26,446 nt of DNA from IMG/VR virus record IMGVR_UViG_3300003097_000006, one strand, 5' to 3'. Below the pieces are notes generated by a model, which had not been told where the DNA came from, made no database searches, and worked only from the letters and a program-made list of their open reading frames with translations. Source of the stretch: a virus (lineage: Duplodnaviria > Heunggongvirae > Uroviricota > Caudoviricetes). Positions 22,420 to 26,446 of this stretch are shown here, piece by piece (the first letter of the stretch is position 1; every line of letters begins with the position of its first letter). Made by a program: the position numbers and the translations under genes.

Positions 22420-23010
22420 TCACTTATCCGTGTGACCTTCACCAGCGTAAGCCTGTGTTGCACCACGCTGCTTATTGTAGTTGCCCTTCACAGCGTATGA
22501 GTCTTCACCCACAGTTTCATGCTGGAAGAACACCATCTGACCAATACGCATACCTGGTTTGATTAACAGGCGATGGAACTGGTTCATGTTCTTGAATTCA
22601 AGTGTAAGCTGAGCGCCATGCCAACCGGCGTCAGCCCACCCGGCTTGCATGTGTTCGAGGAAACACCGAGCAACTGTAGAACGCTCGATAAACTGCCCGG
22701 AGATGGTGTCAGGCAGATTGAAAGTTTCGACTGTGTGGGCGAGAAAGCACTGACCTGGCTCAATTACGATTCCCTCCTCTGGAATTGTGACCTTTTGGAA
22801 GGCGGGAGATTGCTTAGCTGAAATGTCAATTGGTTCATCGTGGACATCATCATAAAGACCGATACCAACACAATGTCTCTGGAATGGAACCTCCAGAAGA
22901 ACTTCATCACCAATACGAACATCAATAGATGCAGAATTCACATTCTCATGCAGGGCGTCAATCACACCATCGTCAATGAGTTGGTGCAGTTGAGGAGCAG
23001 ATAACAGCAT
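22420..23010 (-). CDS. dcd: dCTP deaminase (trimeric dUTPase superfamily)
   Basis: NSASIDVRIG, IEPGQCFLAHTVE, ERSTVAR, DAGWHGAQLTLE, GMRIGQMVF, Y..KGNY. Likely ATG 23010 with AAGGAAGG RBS. Confidence 0.88.
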   Translation of the reverse strand: MLLSAPQLHQLIDDGVIDALHENVNSASIDVRIGDEVLLEVPFQRHCVGIGLYDDVHDEPIDISAKQSPAFQKVTIPEEGIVIEPGQCFLAHTVETFNLPDTISGQFIERSTVARCFLEHMQAGWADAGWHGAQLTLEFKNMNQFHRLLIKPGMRIGQMVFFQHETVGEDSYAVKGNYNKQRGATQAYAGEGHTDK

Positions 23011-23020
23011 TAGACCTTCC

Positions 23021-23134
23021 TTAGTCTTCTGACTCTTCTGAGTCGTAGAAAGAATACGGGTCAGAGCAGACAATTGTGTCTGATAACTCGTCATAACTAA
23101 ACATAATTCCGTTTACTTCAAATAGTGAATCCAT
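23021..23134 (-). CDS. 37-aa highly acidic microprotein (not in track)
   Basis: MDSLFEVNGIMFSYDELSDTIVCSDPYSFYDSEESED; AAGGA RBS; ends at the dcd RBS. Confidence 0.6.
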   Translation of the reverse strand: MDSLFEVNGIMFSYDELSDTIVCSDPYSFYDSEESED

Positions 23135-23149
23135 GCTAATTCCTTTAGC

Positions 23150-23175
23150 AAGGCCACCCTTATAGTAGTGGCCTT
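23150..23175. promoter_or_regulatory. intergenic hairpin between exonuclease and acidic microprotein genes
   Basis: AAGGCCAC-N10-GTGGCCTT 8-bp inverted repeat; weak U-tract. Confidence 0.5.
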
Positions 23176-23195
23176 TGAGGGGTATCCTTACACCG

Positions 23196-23702
23196 TTATT
23201 TGTAAAATTCGATTAAGCTCGATGGTGGATTGAACGGGTCAAAACCAGCCTTTTCACAAAGGTGCAAATAAAGTGCGACTGTTACGTTAACGTCCTGCTC
23301 ACAGTAGTTAAACATGTCCTCGCTGAAAACGTCCCAAACATCTTCACCTTCACCATAAGTACCTTTTAAGATACCAAGTGCAACACCCCAAGATTTGAGG
23401 CTATGACCACCTTGGCGGTCAGGCTCTAACATACGGCTCAATACCAGCGTATCAAAGACACGCTTAATACGGAACTCATTCGGGAACAGTTTTGCAAGCA
23501 CTGGAAAGTCATAATCAATCACGTTGTGACCAATCACAATATCATATCCGGCTAAATCCTCCAGATATTCTTTCCATTGCTCAGGACGATATCCTTTACG
23601 GATACCAGTGGTCGGCTCAATAATCCAAGCACAATGCCACTTGTCTACATCCAGATACAGGTTATTCGTTTCAATATCGGTACAAGCAATTCTTAATGCC
23701 AT
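23196..23702 (-). CDS. 3'-5' proofreading exonuclease subunit of the split DNA polymerase
   Basis: ExoI TDIET, ExoII GHNVIDYD, DTLVLSR, SLKSWG, ExoIII YCEQDV. Confidence 0.92.
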   Translation of the reverse strand: MALRIACTDIETNNLYLDVDKWHCAWIIEPTTGIRKGYRPEQWKEYLEDLAGYDIVIGHNVIDYDFPVLAKLFPNEFRIKRVFDTLVLSRMLEPDRQGGHSLKSWGVALGILKGTYGEGEDVWDVFSEDMFNYCEQDVNVTVALYLHLCEKAGFDPFNPPSSLIEFYK

Positions 23703-23711
23703 GTCCTATCC

Positions 23712-25514
23712 TTAGAATGGTCTTGAATCATCTCGTGGAATACCACCATCATCCTCAGGTTCTGCACCCGGAATGCTGAATGGATTCTTCGCATCATACT
23801 CATCTTCAGTTCGTTGACGCAGACGACCTGTAACTGGGTTATAAACAGTTGGCACAATACCAGTCTGTCCAAAGTTACGGTCTTTCAGCAGACGAATCTG
23901 AGACAGGTTACGAGCATCACCGTCCGCTTGCTTGTTACGTTCAAAGCCCAGAATTAACTGAGAGAAACGCATCAGAGCACGAGAACCAGTGAACTGTACT
24001 TCCTGGACCTGACCACCCTCTTCGTGCGGAGCACCAGTTTTCGGTGGGTTCAAGTGAGAAAATACGAAGCAAGTGAAGTTCAACTCATTACACAGACCAG
24101 CCAGTTCAACGGCAATCTTTGCAACTTCAGTGTTGATTTCAGTCGCTGAGAGATGAGAAACCAGAGCGGTGATGTTGTCCAAGAAGATGAACTTAACACC
24201 ATGCTCTACCACCCAGAAACGCATACAACGTTTGATATCTTCCCAATCGTTTTGACCGAAGTTACGGTACAAGAACAATTGACCATCATACTTCATGGCC
24301 TCGTTCTTCAACAGGTCGGGGTCGAAATCTACGTCTGGACGGTGGAAAGGAATGTTCGCTGATTTACCAGCGATGTTCTTGATAGTGTTGCCAACAGTCT
24401 CTTCGAGCATGAAAGCTCCGACCTTGTGCTTGTGTACGTTAATGATATGAGACGCAATCTCGTGTGCGAGAAGAGTCTTACCACCACCTACACCACCACC
24501 AATAGAAATTACTTCACCGAATCGAAGACCAAAGGTCAAGTTGGTCAGACCTTCCCAAGGGAAAGACAGACCCCACTCTGGCTTCTTCAGAGCATCTTCC
24601 AAGCATTCAGCTACAGTTGCAGAACCTGCTGGAGATTCTTTAGCTGCATTGAAACGCAGGATGTTGTTCAGCTCTAAATTACGACCTTCCATCAGAAGGT
24701 CATTGGCATCCTTTACAGGAGAACCATCCTTCTTCAAGCCCTTTGGAATACGTGCAATCTTCACGTTCGGATACATAGCACGAATCGTGTTTACAGCATC
24801 ATCACCAGCCTCATCATTGTCCATACAGACAACGATTTCAGCGAATGAATCAACGAACTGCCGGTTACGAGCTAAAGCCGAAGCTGCTGATTTAGAACCA
24901 TCAGGCAACGACACACACGCTGGCTTATAAGTTGATTTGCTGTTCTCAACCAACACCTGGAAACCAGACATTGCACTGAGTTCGTCTTCGAAGATAAATA
25001 GCTTTTGAGAATAAACATCACCCATTCGTGCTTGGCTGATACCAAACAGGTCACAACCACTACCCGAACCTACAGCATAGAAGCTTTTAGGATTCAGGAT
25101 ACGAACTTTGTACGCCATGATTACACCATCTTTCTCCTTCGGGTAGAAGTGAGAGATAGGTTCACGGTTTGTGGATGAAAGTCCAACTCGAACGCCATAA
25201 CGTTCAGCAACATCTCGCTTAATACCACGAGAATCAAGAGCCATCATTGGTAACTCACGCACCTGAGACAGCGCTGCTTCACGTTCCTCTTCTGTCAGTT
25301 CACGATATTCTGTACGAACACCTTCCCATTCAGATTTGTTACCTTCGTCAATCTTTTCGTAGAATCCATCACGGGAGCAATAGACCCACTGTTCTTGCGT
25401 TTCGTCGTTAATCCAGTGCTGGAGATGGTTACCAGTACGGTCACGACCTTCCGCTGTACAAACTGGGCACGGAGAGTCACCCAGAATGCGTTTGTTACCA
25501 TAAGACTTGCTCAT
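23712..25514 (-). CDS. T7 gp4-like primase-helicase
   Basis: N-terminal Zn motif CPVC; TOPRIM (FEDE, MDNDEAG); DnaB motifs GGGVGGGKT, LEE, FLDNI, FSHL, GSRA, KDRNFG. Confidence 0.93.
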   Translation of the reverse strand: MSKSYGNKRILGDSPCPVCTAEGRDRTGNHLQHWINDETQEQWVYCSRDGFYEKIDEGNKSEWEGVRTEYRELTEEEREAALSQVRELPMMALDSRGIKRDVAERYGVRVGLSSTNREPISHFYPKEKDGVIMAYKVRILNPKSFYAVGSGSGCDLFGISQARMGDVYSQKLFIFEDELSAMSGFQVLVENSKSTYKPACVSLPDGSKSAASALARNRQFVDSFAEIVVCMDNDEAGDDAVNTIRAMYPNVKIARIPKGLKKDGSPVKDANDLLMEGRNLELNNILRFNAAKESPAGSATVAECLEDALKKPEWGLSFPWEGLTNLTFGLRFGEVISIGGGVGGGKTLLAHEIASHIINVHKHKVGAFMLEETVGNTIKNIAGKSANIPFHRPDVDFDPDLLKNEAMKYDGQLFLYRNFGQNDWEDIKRCMRFWVVEHGVKFIFLDNITALVSHLSATEINTEVAKIAVELAGLCNELNFTCFVFSHLNPPKTGAPHEEGGQVQEVQFTGSRALMRFSQLILGFERNKQADGDARNLSQIRLLKDRNFGQTGIVPTVYNPVTGRLRQRTEDEYDAKNPFSIPGAEPEDDGGIPRDDSRPF

Positions 25515-25561
25515 GACTTAATTCCCTTTTCCATGTCAAACAGCATTCCATTAATGCAGGA

Positions 25562-26065
25562 TTACTTGATAGTGCGAGTTTGGCCTTCTGCATTACAGAC
25601 CGCAACGCTCTGCAAGATTAGGACTTCATGTCCAAATTCCCGCACAAGCTGACGAGCTCTGGCTTCCGCGTCTTCACGAGTAAAGAAACGACGACCATAA
25701 ATTCCGCGCTGAGCTTCCATGTAACGTGAACCGGTTGCGAAATCGATTCCATCACGAACAGTTTCATTACGCTGAACAAGCATCCACACTTTCCGAGCCT
25801 GGTCAACTTTGATTTTGTCCAGTCGGATGCGCAGTGGTGGAGCACCCTCCAACCAGTTCACATGAGCCAGAGGAGTGCCAATACTGGACAAACTAAATCC
25901 AGAGATTACACCCTTAGTGAAATTGCTCAGAATCAGATTATTCTGAACAACAACCTTTTGGCCTATGTGATATTCAAAGTTTTCCAGTTCGCACTCTTCG
26001 ACGAATCCGTATTCAAACTTACCTTCGTCAGTACTCCAGACTACATTGATTTTACGCTTTGACAT
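25562..26065 (-). CDS. two-domain hypothetical protein (SH3-like plus microprotein-family domain)
   Basis: 167 aa, GAGG RBS; YHIGQKVVV...GVISG beta-barrel then FFTREDAEARARQL helix. Confidence 0.7.
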   Translation of the reverse strand: MSKRKINVVWSTDEGKFEYGFVEECELENFEYHIGQKVVVQNNLILSNFTKGVISGFSLSSIGTPLAHVNWLEGAPPLRIRLDKIKVDQARKVWMLVQRNETVRDGIDFATGSRYMEAQRGIYGRRFFTREDAEARARQLVREFGHEVLILQSVAVCNAEGQTRTIK

Positions 26066-26085
26066 GCCAGCCTCTTTGCCGATAA

Positions 26086-26445
26086 TTACTCTGGAAGTTC
26101 GTTGTAGTAGTTAGGACGGTTGTGCAGACACCAGTCACCAGACTCTACACGATTTGCATCACCCTGGTCTTCATCAATGTGATAAATCCACGCCTTGAGG
26201 AATGAACCATCTTCCATTTCAATTTCAACCTGGGTACGGTTGTAGAAGTTTGCAGTGCTATCTTTTTCGTAATGACCCTCAAGAGAATCATAAGCACCGG
26301 TAAGACCTGCCAGAGGCGCTTCAAATACATCTACAACAACAGGACAGCCTGATTTAGAAGCTGTCAGATTTACCGATGGGAAATATGCGCCTGAACCATA
26401 ACGATACAGGTCGTAGTTCTCAACGGTTTTACCCAGACCTACGAA
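26086..26445 (-). CDS. gamma-glutamyl cyclotransferase (GGCT/AIG2-like), 5' end outside window
   Basis: Frame missed by the track: ...FPSV...VVVDVFE...YDSLEGH...FYNRTQV...KAWIY...VESGDW. Confidence 0.8.
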   Translation of the reverse strand, partial: FVGLGKTVENYDLYRYGSGAYFPSVNLTASKSGCPVVVDVFEAPLAGLTGAYDSLEGHYEKDSTANFYNRTQVEIEMEDGSFLKAWIYHIDEDQGDANRVESGDWCLHNRPNYYNELPE

Positions 26446-26446
26446 C

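Noticed and set aside
12362-23094. Long N-terminal extensions given by the track (Sir2 to 13204, polymerase to 16825, dcd to 23094, and others)
   Set aside because: They overlap upstream genes and lack an RBS, while downstream starts have strong Shine-Dalgarno sequences and match domain boundaries.
23155-23190. Minus-strand CACTACTATAAGGG resembling a T7 promoter core
   Set aside because: It has no match in the upstream specificity region, occurs once, and the window encodes a sigma factor rather than a single-subunit RNAP. It is the loop of a hairpin.
8-23192. GTGTAA/TTACAC hexamer in several intergenic spots (about 8, 1214, 9433, 23187)
   Set aside because: It is short, occurs in mixed orientations and also inside coding sequence, and has no shared flanks.
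1161-26062. Numerous + strand and alternate-frame ORFs in the track overlapping the - strand genes
   Set aside because: They are shadows of well-supported genes, with no RBS, no recognisable motifs and atypical composition.
1-26446. Dcm-site (CCWGG) avoidance
   Set aside because: CCTGG and CCAGG occur repeatedly (for example near 283, 3981 and 6739).
1-26446. tRNA, CRISPR array, IS/transposase, intron or intein
   Set aside because: I saw no cloverleaf with a T-loop, no regularly spaced repeats and no transposase motifs. Polymerase inserts lack intein (C1/HN) or homing motifs, and helicase, ThyX and ligase are of normal length.

Overview
A 26.4-kb segment of a lytic dsDNA bacteriophage genome. 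GC is about 42% by eye. The gene set most resembles the phiEco32/GAP52/7-11-type C3 podoviruses of Enterobacterales: ECF-type sigma factor, split family-A DNA polymerase, T7-like primase-helicase, ThyX, Dps, PhoH, dCTP deaminase, macrodomain and GGCT. This assignment rests on recalled gene content, not a database search. The first 1.2 kb is the end of a + strand arm (small basic ORF, endonuclease I-like nuclease, overlapping i-/o-spanins). It converges at a hairpin terminator with a densely packed - strand arm of replication, nucleotide-metabolism and accessory genes, plus many microproteins, several missed by the supplied ORF track. I saw no tRNA, rRNA, CRISPR array, IS element or intein. Most notable: (1) four consecutive hairpins in the leader of the phage sigma gene, the last abutting the AUG; (2) an acidic C-terminal '-PF' tail shared by the SSB-like protein, helicase, exonuclease and a Zn microprotein; (3) an orphan TGT/DpdA-like gene coupled to that microprotein and a DUF3310 gene; (4) a stand-alone ATP-cone near an NrdR-like Zn ribbon; (5) apparently complete absence of GATC; (6) a 37-aa all-acidic candidate DNA mimic. 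All functional calls come from motif recognition by eye.
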